From: Escherichia phage vB_EcoM_NBG1
Strand: one strand, 5' to 3'
Sequence record: MH243438.1
DNA length: 64,000 nucleotides
Shown here: positions 52,913 to 63,444 of the stretch, one piece after another
Layout of the letters: each line of letters begins with the position of its first letter
Numbering within the stretch: the stretch's first letter is position 1
Notes under the pieces: generated by a model
Databases searched by the model: none
What the model was told of the DNA's origin: nothing
The model's input: only the letters and a program-made list of their open reading frames with translations
Program-made: the position numbers and the translations under genes

Positions 52913-53325
52913 TATTGCCCCGCTTCAAATTCTCGCATATCCTGGATATGTTTAAGTGCAAAACTACGAGACTTAACTGCGTCAAGTGCACCACTACAGA
53001 ACTCAAGTAAAATTCCCCAGTATTGTAAAGTAGTCTCTATTTTAAGCACATCTTTATCTGCAGCCAGGACAGTTTTCATTTCAGATTTCTCGTATCGGTC
53101 CATACTGAATTCATCACCGTCACCTCGTCCCGAGTAGTAGTCTAATCTTGCTTTTAGAGCAGTTTTCTTCTGAGTCTCTATACGCAACATTTCTTTACGA
53201 ATAAATGAGTGCTTACGTAGCCATTTGCTGTATAACTTAACATTATTCGCTGTCTCATATTGCAACTTTGTTGTATCAATAGCTAAGTCTGCGTCTAACT
53301 CTTCCTGTAAATCTTCCAGCTTCAT
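52912..53325 (-). CDS. uvsY: recombination mediator UvsY
   Basis: Start at ATG 53325 (MKLEDLQEEL) gives 137 aa; near-identical to recalled T4 UvsY. Confidence 0.9.
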   Translation of the reverse strand: MKLEDLQEELDADLAIDTTKLQYETANNVKLYSKWLRKHSFIRKEMLRIETQKKTALKARLDYYSGRGDGDEFSMDRYEKSEMKTVLAADKDVLKIETTLQYWGILLEFCSGALDAVKSRSFALKHIQDMREFEAGQ

Positions 53326-53379
53326 AATATTCTCTCTTTTACTAATAATCTCCCGGCTGTATCGGAAGGACCTAAAACC

Positions 53380-53405
53380 ATTATACATAGGTTGCCTTGA
53401 AGCAT
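53380..53405 (-). promoter_or_regulatory. T4 middle-type promoter for uvsY (MotA box ATGCTTCA, 12-nt spacer, TATAAT)
   Basis: Minus-strand: TAATGCTTCAAGGCAACCTATGTATAATGG; uvsY is a middle gene in T4. Confidence 0.55.
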
Positions 53406-53803
53406 TACACTCTATTGCTTGACGCTAACTGAAGTTTAATTTGTTCAATATCGTCAGGGTTGTCTACGACCGAAAATCTAATCTCTACTATAACCGTATA
53501 GTCATCATATACTGGCGTTACACTTACAGAAAGTTTGTCGATGCGTGGCTCATAGTTACGGACAGCTGCCTGGATATTACGCTCAATCGTATCGGCTGTA
53601 AGTGGTGTCATGTTCTCGAAAAGTTCGTCGACCAAATCACATCCAAATTCAGGGTCGAAGGGGCGTGAGCCTTTTCTAGTTGTCACTATGCCAAGAAGAC
53701 TATTTTTAATAGAACGAAGTCCTACAGAACGAGCAACGTCCTTGTTCCAATCCATACGCATTTCTGGGTCGATATCTGAATAAAGTTTATTGATATTAGA
53801 CAT
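53405..53803 (-). CDS. 25: baseplate wedge protein gp25
   Basis: 132 aa, same as T4 gp25. Confidence 0.9.
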   Translation of the reverse strand: MSNINKLYSDIDPEMRMDWNKDVARSVGLRSIKNSLLGIVTTRKGSRPFDPEFGCDLVDELFENMTPLTADTIERNIQAAVRNYEPRIDKLSVSVTPVYDDYTVIVEIRFSVVDNPDDIEQIKLQLASSNRV

Positions 53804-54429
53804 TATAGTAACTCAAAGAATTCTTTGAGGCCTCGTATTGTGTGAACGTGTGACGCCCCACATTTGGGACATTTAATAGGGGTTGCCAGATAAATCGATG
53901 GCGATACCAAAAGATTTTTAATATTGATCATGTCATCTTCTGTTATAAGGCCGTAAAGGTCGTTTATTTCTGCTTCAGTTAAATCTTCAACAGGGATGGA
54001 CTCTCCATTGACAAAAACGGCCTCAATACATGAAGCAATCATTAATGCGATATTTTTATCGTCAAATAATTTAGGTTGACGGAACTTAATTTTAATACCA
54101 CTAAACGAATACCAGGGATCGGCCTGTTCATCTAATTGAGTGTGCAATAAATTCATATAGACTTGAAATGAATGCCCACAGGAACAATTCCAGGTGTGTT
54201 CTTGATTCACTTCACCTAATGAATGGGCCCACAGATTTACCAACAATAACTCGGCTTCTTGTTTAGTCAAGTTTTTAGCATTAGAGCAATTAGTGATAAT
54301 ATTGTTCACTGCTGATTCAATAGTACCGGTAGCCCGCGCACCTATGAGTCCTAAATATTCTTTTAAAGTAAAGGCTCTACAATTCACTTCTTTATCGCCT
54401 AAACGTACTGTAAACGTATATTTGTACAT
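53803..54429 (-). CDS. 26: baseplate hub protein gp26
   Basis: 208 aa, synteny. Confidence 0.85.
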   Translation of the reverse strand: MYKYTFTVRLGDKEVNCRAFTLKEYLGLIGARATGTIESAVNNIITNCSNAKNLTKQEAELLLVNLWAHSLGEVNQEHTWNCSCGHSFQVYMNLLHTQLDEQADPWYSFSGIKIKFRQPKLFDDKNIALMIASCIEAVFVNGESIPVEDLTEAEINDLYGLITEDDMINIKNLLVSPSIYLATPIKCPKCGASHVHTIRGLKEFFELL

Positions 54430-54446
54430 GTTAACTCCTTTATTGT

Positions 54447-54459
54447 GTATTTATAAATA
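54447..54459. promoter_or_regulatory. palindromic bidirectional late promoter TATTTATAAATA (gene 26 leftward, gene 51 rightward)
   Basis: 12-bp perfect palindrome containing TATAAATA on both strands, between divergent genes 26 and 51. Confidence 0.6.
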
Positions 54460-54476
54460 ATAGAAAAGGAGTAATT

Positions 54477-55229
54477 ATGGCTAATATAATTCGTTGTAAA
54501 TTACCGGATGGTGTTCATCGTTTTAAGCCGTTCACCGTAGCGGATTATAGAGACTTTTTACTAGTTAGAAATGATATCGAACATCGTTCGCCACAAGAAC
54601 AAAAAGAAATAATTGCCGATCTGATTGATGATTATTTTGGCGAGTACCCTAAAACATGGCAACCATTTATATTCCTGCAAGTTTTTGCAGGCTCTATAGG
54701 TAAAACAAAAGTTCCCGTTATTTTCACTTGCCCTAAATGCTCTAAAGAAAAAACTGCACCATTTGAGATATATCAAAAAGAACTAGTCGAACCTGAACTT
54801 GATGTTGCTGGTATAAAAATACGTTTTTCTTTCCCTGAAAAGTTTTATGACAATAAAGCATTAATGATAAGTGAAAACATAAAAGAAATATATTATAATG
54901 ATGAATGGTACCCATGGAATGATTTGACTGAAGAGAACCAAATCCAAGTAATAGAAGCAATAGACATTGACTCGCTCGAGAAGGTTATTGCTTCTATGAA
55001 TCCTATTAATTTGACCCTTAGATTAGGTTGTTGTGAACGACATGTTAAAACATATACTGATATCTTAGAGGTTTTTAAATTGTTAGTTAACCCTGATGAG
55101 ATTTTTACATTCTATCAGATAAACCATTCACTGGTAAAGAGTCAATACACATTGGATTCTATTATGCAAATGATTCCTGTTGAACGTGGTATTGCTTTAA
55201 CATTAGTAGAAAAGGACCATAAAAAATGA
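54477..55229 (+). CDS. 51: baseplate hub assembly catalyst gp51
   Basis: 250 aa, synteny; SD AAGGAG. Confidence 0.85.
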   Translation: MANIIRCKLPDGVHRFKPFTVADYRDFLLVRNDIEHRSPQEQKEIIADLIDDYFGEYPKTWQPFIFLQVFAGSIGKTKVPVIFTCPKCSKEKTAPFEIYQKELVEPELDVAGIKIRFSFPEKFYDNKALMISENIKEIYYNDEWYPWNDLTEENQIQVIEAIDIDSLEKVIASMNPINLTLRLGCCERHVKTYTDILEVFKLLVNPDEIFTFYQINHSLVKSQYTLDSIMQMIPVERGIALTLVEKDHKK

Positions 55230-56398
55230 AAGTATTCCAACGTCCAGGATATCCTAACTTAAGCGTTAAATTATACCAAGATTATTCGGCTTGGCAAGAA
55301 AATAGATACGTTGAACTCGCGGCAACAATAACAACTTTAACCATGCGAGATTCGCTATATGGAAGAAATGAAGGGATTCTTCAATTTTATGACACTAAAA
55401 ACATCCACACTAAAATGGACGGTAGACAGATAGTTCAAATCTCTGTTTCAAATTCAAACACACCTCTCCAAGTTAGAACTCGAATTTATGGATGTAGACA
55501 TTATTCTGTGTCTGTGGACTCAAAAGGTGACAATATTATTGCAATTGAGCTTGGAACAATACATTCTATAGAGAACCTTAAATTTGGGCGACCATTCTTC
55601 CCGGACGCAGGCGAATCTATACGTGAAATGTTAGGTGTCATATACAAAGACCGTGCGTTAATTACTCCGCCAATAAACACTATTAATGCTTATGTTCCTG
55701 ATATCCCTTGGACAAGCACATTTGATGATTATTTGGCATATGTCAGAGAATTAGGACTTGCTACAGCGAGTGATAAGTTCGTATTCGTATGGCAAGATAT
55801 TTTAGGCGTAAACATGATTGACTACGATACTCTTATTGGTCAGGAAGGCATTAAGATGATTGTAGGTGAGCCAAATACTGTAGGTCAGTATATTCAAGAG
55901 CTTGAGTATCCATTAGTATGGGATTTCACCTGGATGACTAAAGCTAACCAATTTACACGAGACCCTATTAAAAACGCTACGATATTCGCTCATTCATTTT
56001 TAGATACATCTATTCCGGTTATTGTTACAGGCGATGGTGATAATGCTATTCTTGTGTCAAGATCCGGTGGATATTCCGAAATGACCTATCGTAATGGATT
56101 TGAAGAAGCAAGTCGTCTTCAGACAATGGCTCAATATGACGGATATGCTAAATGCACTACTACAGGTAATTTTAACATAACGCCTGCTACTAAAATTATA
56201 TTTGTTGACCAAAAGAACCAATTCAAATCCGAATTTTACGTGGATGAAGTTATTCACGAGTTATCAAATAACAACTCACAAACTCATCTGTACATGTTTA
56301 CCAACTCAATGGTGTTAGAACCTGTTAACCCAGTTAAGGTTAAAAATGAACTTAAATCTGATTCTACCTCTAAAGAAAATAATTCTACCACAGTCTAA
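55226..56398 (+). CDS. 27: baseplate hub protein gp27
   Basis: 390 aa, synteny. Confidence 0.9.
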   Translation: MKVFQRPGYPNLSVKLYQDYSAWQENRYVELAATITTLTMRDSLYGRNEGILQFYDTKNIHTKMDGRQIVQISVSNSNTPLQVRTRIYGCRHYSVSVDSKGDNIIAIELGTIHSIENLKFGRPFFPDAGESIREMLGVIYKDRALITPPINTINAYVPDIPWTSTFDDYLAYVRELGLATASDKFVFVWQDILGVNMIDYDTLIGQEGIKMIVGEPNTVGQYIQELEYPLVWDFTWMTKANQFTRDPIKNATIFAHSFLDTSIPVIVTGDGDNAILVSRSGGYSEMTYRNGFEEASRLQTMAQYDGYAKCTTTGNFNITPATKIIFVDQKNQFKSEFYVDEVIHELSNNNSQTHLYMFTNSMVLEPVNPVKVKNELKSDSTSKENNSTTV

Positions 56399-56879
56399 TA
56401 AAAAGGTAATGATTCCTAAATTAGGGCTTAAACATTATAATCTTTTAAAGGACGTTAAAGGTCCTGATGAAAACATGAAAATCTTAGCTGATTCTATTTG
56501 TAAAAATATGAGTCCCGCAGATTTTGATTTTGCATGTCTACATATATTGGAATTTAATAACAAACTTAAGTCTGAAGTTGAAAAAGACGGATTCACATAT
56601 AAACTAGATGACGTCTATGTATGCCAACGAACAGAATTCCAATTCCAAGGCAATACTTTTTATTTTAGACCTCCAGGCAAATTTGAACAATTCGCTACAA
56701 TCAGTGAAATGCTATCAAATTGCTTAATAAAAGTTAATGACGAAGAGAAAGAAATTTCTTTCCTTGAGATGCCTGCTTTTGTAATCAAATGGGCAGAAGA
56801 CCTTTCGACAACTATTGCTATTCCAGGCCCTAATGGTCCTATTAAGGGTATAGCAGAAATTATTGGATTGCTTGAATGA
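56346..56879 (+). CDS. 28: baseplate hub distal subunit gp28
   Basis: 177 aa, same as T4 gp28; overlaps the gp27 3' end; alternative start at 56409. Confidence 0.8.
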   Translation: MNLNLILPLKKIILPQSNKKVMIPKLGLKHYNLLKDVKGPDENMKILADSICKNMSPADFDFACLHILEFNNKLKSEVEKDGFTYKLDDVYVCQRTEFQFQGNTFYFRPPGKFEQFATISEMLSNCLIKVNDEEKEISFLEMPAFVIKWAEDLSTTIAIPGPNGPIKGIAEIIGLLE

Positions 56880-58648
56880 AACCTGAAGAAATGAAATCCA
56901 TGCGTAGAAATAAGGTCATTGCCGATAATAAACCACAAAAAGTAGCTGCAACAGCAGCTACCGATTCATTAGAAGCATTGAATGACATTTCATCAAAACT
57001 AGACGATGTCCAAGCCGCGTCTGAACTCACATCACAAAGTGTAGAAGATAAAGGCAATGGAATTATTGAATCAATTGGAGACTTAAAGAATTCGACAGAT
57101 AATACTGCTGAAGGCACAGAGCTTATCGCAGAAGTTATTGAAAAACAAACTGAAGTCACTAAAAGTATAAACGAAGTTTCTAGTGCAATAAGCTCTAAGT
57201 TAGACCGATTAGCTACATTATTAGAGCAAAAATTACAAACATCTACCGCTATTCAAAATACAGGAGGCACCTCTCTTGAAGTAATTGAGAACGCAATACC
57301 TGTTAAAGTGGTTGAGAATGAAACTTCTGATGAGTTGTTTAAAGCATTCCCTACACCTGAAAAGATTGATAATAAGCCAGACGAAGATTTCTTTCCAGTC
57401 CCGGTTCAAGAAAGTGCTAATTCTACTTCCGATTCTAAAGGCGGAATTAGCTTTAAATTGAGCGATAAAATTGCAATGCTCACCAAAACAGTTCAAACCG
57501 GGTTTAATAAATCAATATCCATTTCAGACAGAATTGCTGGAATGCTTTTCAAATACACTATAACGGCTGCTATTGAAGCAGCAAAAATGGCCGCACTTAT
57601 TCTTGGTATTGTTATCGGTATTGATTTATTGATAGTCCATTTCAAATATTGGACAGACAAGTTCACTTCTGCCTGGGATTTATTTGATGAAAACTTTACT
57701 AAATTCTCCGACGAAGCTAAAGAGTGGGGTAAATTCTTAAGTGATATATTCACTTCTATTGACTCGATAAAACAATTGTGGGAAGCTGGAGACTGGGGTG
57801 GTTTAACCGTTGCTATTGTCAAAGGTGTAGGAACAGCATTAATGAACTTAGGTGAACTAATTCAATTAGGAATGGCTAAACTCTCCGCGTCTATATTGCG
57901 TGCTATAGGTTTTGGTGATACCGCAGACGAAATAGAAGGACGTGCTTTAGAAGGATTCCAAGAAACTACTGGGAACAAATTAAAGAAAGAAGACCAAGAG
58001 AAAGTCGCTAAATATCAAATGAAACGTGACGATGGGGAATTAGGAACCGTTTCTAAAGGTCTTGATATGTTACAACGCGGCAAAACATTCGTTACTAACT
58101 GGGTTCGTGGTAATGACAATAAAGAAGAGTTTAGTACAAGTGATGAGCGCGCTGCGGAATCAGCAAAATTAAAAGAGTTACCTGAAGAGGAACGTAAAGA
58201 GGCGTACATAAAAGCGAATGAAACTCGTGCTGCACTGGTTAGATTTGAGGATTATATCGATAAAATCGATATGACTAATCCAGAAAATGCTAAAAACGTC
58301 GAGAAGTCTTATGCTGATTTAAGTAAACTTATTAAAGACCCTGAACTTAATAAAACTCCTGTTGTTAAAAAGGAAATAGATGCTAGATTTGAAAAGCTAA
58401 ATAATAAAATGGCTGAAGCCAAAAAGGCTCAGACTACAGTTAAGCCTGAATCTTCGTCTAAATCTCCGGAAGCAAAACAAGTTCAGTCAATAGAGAAAGG
58501 ACGTGCTTCTGAATCTAAACAACAGCAACCGGTAGCGGCGATTAGTAACACAAATAATGTCGTCAAAAAGAATACCGTAGTCCAGAATATGACCCCTGTA
58601 ACAAGTACAACGGCTCCTGGAATTTTCCATGCCACCGGTGTTAATTAA
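56876..58648 (+). CDS. 29: baseplate hub / tail length determinator gp29
   Basis: 590 aa, same as T4 gp29. Confidence 0.9.
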   Translation: MKPEEMKSMRRNKVIADNKPQKVAATAATDSLEALNDISSKLDDVQAASELTSQSVEDKGNGIIESIGDLKNSTDNTAEGTELIAEVIEKQTEVTKSINEVSSAISSKLDRLATLLEQKLQTSTAIQNTGGTSLEVIENAIPVKVVENETSDELFKAFPTPEKIDNKPDEDFFPVPVQESANSTSDSKGGISFKLSDKIAMLTKTVQTGFNKSISISDRIAGMLFKYTITAAIEAAKMAALILGIVIGIDLLIVHFKYWTDKFTSAWDLFDENFTKFSDEAKEWGKFLSDIFTSIDSIKQLWEAGDWGGLTVAIVKGVGTALMNLGELIQLGMAKLSASILRAIGFGDTADEIEGRALEGFQETTGNKLKKEDQEKVAKYQMKRDDGELGTVSKGLDMLQRGKTFVTNWVRGNDNKEEFSTSDERAAESAKLKELPEEERKEAYIKANETRAALVRFEDYIDKIDMTNPENAKNVEKSYADLSKLIKDPELNKTPVVKKEIDARFEKLNNKMAEAKKAQTTVKPESSSKSPEAKQVQSIEKGRASESKQQQPVAAISNTNNVVKKNTVVQNMTPVTSTTAPGIFHATGVN

Positions 58649-58656
58649 GGATTATT

Positions 58657-59766
58657 ATGATTAGTGTAAAAGAAATAGTAGTAGATGCAAAGGATTTAAA
58701 TAAAGCAATCCCAGTCTCAGAAAGTGCTGGGCAAAGCACTAAAACCGAAACAACTACTAAAACTTATGTTGCTCAATTTCCTACAGGAAGAGCAGCCGGA
58801 AATGACTCCACAGGAGACTTCCAGGTAACAGACCTTTATAAGAATGGATTATTATTTACCGCGTACAATATGTCTGCACGCGATTCAGGATCCCTCAGGA
58901 ATTTACGTCCGGCATATGCCGGTACTTCATCTAATGGTATCATATCAGATTTAACTGATAATGTGAAAGATGCAGTGACTAAATTCTCTAATGGATTGCT
59001 TCCTGCCGGGGCTAATAAATCTACTATAAATAAAACTCCTGTTGCTAATATACTTTTGCCACGTTCCAAATCTGACGTCGATACAACTTCACATCGTTTT
59101 AATGATATCGGTGATAGCCTTATTACTAAAGGTGGAGGTACTGCTACGGGTGTTTTAAGTAACATTGCTTCTACTGCAGTCTTTGGTGCATTAGATTCTA
59201 TTACTCAAGGGCTTATGGCTGATAATAACGAACAGATTTATACGACTTCTCGTAGTATGTACGGTGGTGCTGAGAACCGTACCAAAGTCTTTACATGGGA
59301 TTTAACTCCACGTTCAACTGAAGACCTTATGGCTATTATAAACATTTACCAGTATTTTAACTATTTCTCTTATGGTGAGACTGGTAAATCACAGTATGCC
59401 CAAGAGATTAAAAGTTATTTAGACGAATGGTACCGTTCAACGTTTATTGAGCCTATGACGCCGGATGATGCAGTAAAAAATAAGACATTGTTTGAAAAGA
59501 TTACTGCGTCATTAACAAATGTATTAGTTGTAAGCAACCCTACAATTTGGATGGTTAAAAACTTTGGTTATACGTCTAAATTTGATGGATTAACTGACGT
59601 ATTTGGTCCATGCCAAATACAAAGCGTACGTTTTGATAAAACTCCAAATGGACAATTTAATGGTCTTGCTGTTGCTCCTAACTTACCATCAACATTTACG
59701 TTAGAGATAACAATGCGAGAAATTATTACATTAAACCGTTCTTCACTTTATGCGGGGACTTTCTAA
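58657..59766 (+). CDS. 48: baseplate tail tube cap gp48
   Basis: 369 aa, synteny. Confidence 0.88.
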   Translation: MISVKEIVVDAKDLNKAIPVSESAGQSTKTETTTKTYVAQFPTGRAAGNDSTGDFQVTDLYKNGLLFTAYNMSARDSGSLRNLRPAYAGTSSNGIISDLTDNVKDAVTKFSNGLLPAGANKSTINKTPVANILLPRSKSDVDTTSHRFNDIGDSLITKGGGTATGVLSNIASTAVFGALDSITQGLMADNNEQIYTTSRSMYGGAENRTKVFTWDLTPRSTEDLMAIINIYQYFNYFSYGETGKSQYAQEIKSYLDEWYRSTFIEPMTPDDAVKNKTLFEKITASLTNVLVVSNPTIWMVKNFGYTSKFDGLTDVFGPCQIQSVRFDKTPNGQFNGLAVAPNLPSTFTLEITMREIITLNRSSLYAGTF

Positions 59767-60728
59767 TGTACTCTTTAGAAGAATTTAATAACCAAGCTAT
59801 AAATGCAGATTTCCAACGAAACAATATGTTTAGTTGTGTATTTGCTACTACACCATCAACCAAATCGTCTTCACTAATTTCGTCAATTGGTAGTTTTGCT
59901 TATAATAACTTAGGGTTGGATTCAGATTGGCTAGGATTGTCTCAAGGTGATATCAATCAGGGCGTAACAACCCTGATTACAGCAGGAACACAGAAATTAA
60001 TTCGAAAATCAGGTATAAGTAAATATCTGATTGGAGCAATGAGTCAACGTACGGTACAAAGCTTGTTAGGTGAGTTCACAGTAGGAGCTTATCTGATAGA
60101 CTTCTTCAATATGGCATATAATAATACAGGTTTAATGATTTATTCTGTAAAAATGCCTGAGAACCGATTATCTTATGAAACGGATTTCAACTATAACTCC
60201 CCGAACATCCGAATTACCGGCCGAGAAATGGACCCATTAGTAATAAGCTTTAGAATGGATTCCGAAGCATCTAACTTTAGAGCAATGCAAGACTGGGTAA
60301 ACTCAGTCCAAGACCCTGTAACAGGTCTTCGTGCTTTACCACAAGACGTCGAAGCAGATATTCAGGTTAATTTACACGCACGAAATGGTTTACCACATAC
60401 CGCTGTCATGTTCACAGGATGTATTCCTGTTAGTGTCTCTTCTCCTGAGTTAACGTATGATGGTGATAATCAGATAACAGTTTTTGATGTAACATTTGCT
60501 TATCGCGTTATGCAATCAGGTGCTGTAAATAGGCAGGCTGCTTTAGAATGGCTGGAATCAGGACTTATTAGTAGTGTTTCAGGAATGTTTGGAAATAATC
60601 AGAATGATTCTGGGCTAGGAAGTGCAGTATCAAGACTTTCTAGATTAGGTGGGACTGCTGGAGGTGTGTCTAATATAAACACATTGACAGGTGTGGTGAA
60701 TTCTGCGTCAAGAGTTTTAGGACTATAA
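59766..60728 (+). CDS. 54: baseplate tail tube initiator gp54
   Basis: 320 aa, same as T4 gp54. Confidence 0.9.
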   Translation: MYSLEEFNNQAINADFQRNNMFSCVFATTPSTKSSSLISSIGSFAYNNLGLDSDWLGLSQGDINQGVTTLITAGTQKLIRKSGISKYLIGAMSQRTVQSLLGEFTVGAYLIDFFNMAYNNTGLMIYSVKMPENRLSYETDFNYNSPNIRITGREMDPLVISFRMDSEASNFRAMQDWVNSVQDPVTGLRALPQDVEADIQVNLHARNGLPHTAVMFTGCIPVSVSSPELTYDGDNQITVFDVTFAYRVMQSGAVNRQAALEWLESGLISSVSGMFGNNQNDSGLGSAVSRLSRLGGTAGGVSNINTLTGVVNSASRVLGL

Positions 60729-60757
60729 GAAAAAGGGAGACGTTGTCTCCCTTTAGG
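60729..60757. terminator. bidirectional terminator AAAAA-GGGAGAC-guu-GUCUCCC-UUU
   Basis: 7-bp stem between convergent gene 54 and the alt-region ORF; A-run and T-rich flank. Confidence 0.65.
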
Positions 60758-60760
60758 GGT

Positions 60761-61054
60761 TTATTTACGGAATGAAAGGAATGCTGGTGCTCGGAATGGA
60801 GTATCATCTTTAGAGTATTTAACTAATACGACCATTGGTACCTCTGTTTCTAAATGACCTGTCACTACACCGATAAAAATTTGATCAGTGTGCTCAGGGT
60901 CACGAAAGTTTTTAAGAGGTTCCATAGCAATATGGAATGCACCTGGGAATACTCGATTCAATTCGTCAATCACAGCTTCGTTAAAAACATCATCCGCTGG
61001 GATAGCATCTTCAACTACTAGTTCTTGACCATTAAAGCGAAGCATAGATTTCAT
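60761..61054 (-). CDS. hypothetical protein (alt.-1..-3 position)
   Basis: Start at ATG 61054 (MKSMLRFNGQ) after GAGGAA; cassette upstream. Confidence 0.5.
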   Translation of the reverse strand: MKSMLRFNGQELVVEDAIPADDVFNEAVIDELNRVFPGAFHIAMEPLKNFRDPEHTDQIFIGVVTGHLETEVPMVVLVKYSKDDTPFRAPAFLSFRK

Positions 61055-61113
61055 AACGTTTTCCTCATGTTGTTGATGGGATGATAGTATCACACATCCA
61101 TGTGTTTGTAAAC
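61055..61113 (-). promoter_or_regulatory. early promoter/stem-loop cassette
   Basis: Minus-strand: GTTTACAAACACATGGATGTGTGATACTATCATCCCATCAACAACATGAGGAAAACGTTATG. Confidence 0.55.
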
Positions 61114-63200
61114 TATCCTTGGATAAATTTAAACGGAACTGATTCTAAATCCATTAAAGATGCTAACAATTTCAAACCTTTAGGTGCACTAGTTTTTTCT
61201 ACAAATGAGGCAAAAGATACCGGCTCATCTGATTCGATTTCACCCGTCATAGCAACTACCTCGCCTGTTTCCATGAGAACATCACCATCGTAAATGACAG
61301 CTTCGTCCAACTGGTCCGAGGACATGACTTCAGCTTGAATAAATTTAAGGTTGGATTCTAAACCTGCACCAGTGTCAGATGACGCATCTGTAATTTTATT
61401 TATCTGCAAGAGAATGCCTCTAGGCAAAATAATTTCTTGCTCATTAGGGTGATTACTCAACTGTCCCGGATAAATCACGTTAACTTTATGGGCGCCATCA
61501 ATAGCCCATCCAACGTTAACACGGATTTGTTCTGGTGCATGCATAGCTGTTCTTACTTGACTAGGAGAAATAGTAACACCTTCGTCGTTATTGTCAATGT
61601 TAAGCTCTTTGCGAACTTCTTCAGGAGCAAGTCCAAGGGCAACGTTCTCTTTAAACCCACCGAAAATAATAGGAGCTAGTGAAGTGGAAACATAGTTTCT
61701 GAAATAGAATACCTTATTTTTAACCATTGCTTCGTAAATAGGCATTCTGATAGACTGAGCTCTATATAACGTTAGTCCTTCAGGTAAACGGTCTCCATTT
61801 AAAAACGCCGAATCAAGACCATCAATAGCGCGTTTAACTTCATCTTCATCCGCAACATCGTAAAAATCTGGTTTATAACGACCTAACAACATATTATTGA
61901 TATCTGTATATGCAGAAGAGGCATATTCACGAATAGCTCGTTTTTCAGAAACAGAGTATTGTTTAGGGTCCCGATTCATTGTTATATTAAAGGTGCCTCT
62001 AGCCGATTCTCGGGCATAAGTATACATCACATTAGACAAGAACGCTGATTTACGTTGTTTCCAAGTTCTTTCAGATACTTCAGCTAAAACGTCGTCAGGC
62101 AGTTGGAAATTATCACGTCTAAAATCTTCAAACCATTCGTCTTTAATAGAGTCTGCAATTTCATTTGCAGCTTCAACAAAAGCAGCTAATGCTTTAACAG
62201 ATGTTGTTTTTTCGGTTTTAATTTTCTTAGCAAACTTTTCTAAAGTCGGCTTAATAACACCACCATAAGAAACTTCATCAGCAAATTTAAAGGATTCATC
62301 AATACGATTATAAATCTTATTTTCGATATCAGCAACTAAAGTGCCTTTTGCTGTGGATGATGCTTGGGCTAGTACGATTTCATATGCTTCAGGAAGTAAT
62401 TCGGCTGTAGCCGGGCCACTAACTTCTTTAGCAGAATTTTCGTATTTCTGGAATAACTCACCTTCTTGGCGGTCAGCTTCTAAAGATTGACTTGCTGCAA
62501 TAGCACGACGAGAAATTTTAGTACGAGCAATAACAGGCTTATCTTTACGTTTTTCTTCTACAGCAGCAATAGAACCAGCGATAGCCGTTTCTTTGGTGAC
62601 CTTTTCGCCAGTCTTTTTACTCACATAAACTTCGCCAACATCAGAATCTACTTTCGTGTACAACTCTGTGTTAATGTTAGGGATGCCTTTAATATCTTCA
62701 ATGTTGGCATTTTTACGAACCATCATCACATAGGTGTGTTTACCTGTGAATTGATACATTGCCGACAATACTTTAAAACGACCACCGGTTTTAGTAGAAA
62801 CTAAACGAGCAAGAAGAGTTTGAAGCTGTTGTCCACGTCCTTTCAATTTCTTGGTAGGGAATCGGAACAGAACTGCATCCATACGAAGAGCTTTAACTTG
62901 TTCATATACTGTATTGAAAATGGTGTTGATTGCATCAATAGGAGCAGGACCAAGGCCATTTTTCAATTCAGCGAGATTACCCTTTTCAGACAGACTCATA
63001 ATAACAACATGAGCGTATTTGTCGCCGAGTTTAACTTGTTTTACAGCATCGCCTTCGGAAAGGTAAGAGAATAAACGAACTACAATATTTGTATCGATAT
63101 CACCAATTTTCCAGACTTGTGGAACTTTAGCTTTAGGGTTCAAATTGACGACAGGAAGACTGCCTTCAGATTCAAACACTTCATTTAATTGTTCAGACAT
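61113..63200 (-). CDS. alt: ADP-ribosyltransferase Alt (capsid-packaged)
   Basis: 695 aa; position between 54 and 30; ART-like R...STS...EQE (FRNYVSTS, NEQEII). Confidence 0.8.
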   Translation of the reverse strand: MSEQLNEVFESEGSLPVVNLNPKAKVPQVWKIGDIDTNIVVRLFSYLSEGDAVKQVKLGDKYAHVVIMSLSEKGNLAELKNGLGPAPIDAINTIFNTVYEQVKALRMDAVLFRFPTKKLKGRGQQLQTLLARLVSTKTGGRFKVLSAMYQFTGKHTYVMMVRKNANIEDIKGIPNINTELYTKVDSDVGEVYVSKKTGEKVTKETAIAGSIAAVEEKRKDKPVIARTKISRRAIAASQSLEADRQEGELFQKYENSAKEVSGPATAELLPEAYEIVLAQASSTAKGTLVADIENKIYNRIDESFKFADEVSYGGVIKPTLEKFAKKIKTEKTTSVKALAAFVEAANEIADSIKDEWFEDFRRDNFQLPDDVLAEVSERTWKQRKSAFLSNVMYTYARESARGTFNITMNRDPKQYSVSEKRAIREYASSAYTDINNMLLGRYKPDFYDVADEDEVKRAIDGLDSAFLNGDRLPEGLTLYRAQSIRMPIYEAMVKNKVFYFRNYVSTSLAPIIFGGFKENVALGLAPEEVRKELNIDNNDEGVTISPSQVRTAMHAPEQIRVNVGWAIDGAHKVNVIYPGQLSNHPNEQEIILPRGILLQINKITDASSDTGAGLESNLKFIQAEVMSSDQLDEAVIYDGDVLMETGEVVAMTGEIESDEPVSFASFVEKTSAPKGLKLLASLMDLESVPFKFIQG

Positions 63201-63230
63201 AGTGTTTTCCTTTTAGTAATAATTTATATT

Positions 63231-63256
63231 TATGCCAAAAAGAGCCCGAAGGCTCT
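63231..63256 (-). terminator. terminator-like hairpin AGAGCC-uucg-GGCUCU then UUUUUGG
   Basis: 6-bp stem with UUCG tetraloop on the minus strand between the 63256-63444 ORF and alt. Confidence 0.5.
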
Positions 63257-63444
63257 TAATCCACAATCGGAAGCAAAGTACGATAAACTTCAAAATTAGA
63301 GCCTTTTTCGTACTTATCGAAATTGTCCATAAAAATATGATAGGAATCGTTATTAGGAAAATCTAATATAATCTGAGAGCAAGAGGTGGAAACATCTCCA
63401 CCATCCTTCTTAGCTACAATAACTGTTTCTAAATAAGCTTTCAT
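63256..63444 (-). CDS. hypothetical small protein
   Basis: Start at ATG 63444 (MKAYLETV), TAATG-coupled to the ligase stop. Confidence 0.5.
   Translation of the reverse strand: MKAYLETVIVAKKDGGDVSTSCSQIILDFPNNDSYHIFMDNFDKYEKGSNFEVYRTLLPIVD

Noticed and set aside
63201-63235. Late promoter for alt
   Set aside because: Minus-strand sequence is CATAAATATAAAT, one mismatch from TATAAATA; not annotated without transcript data.
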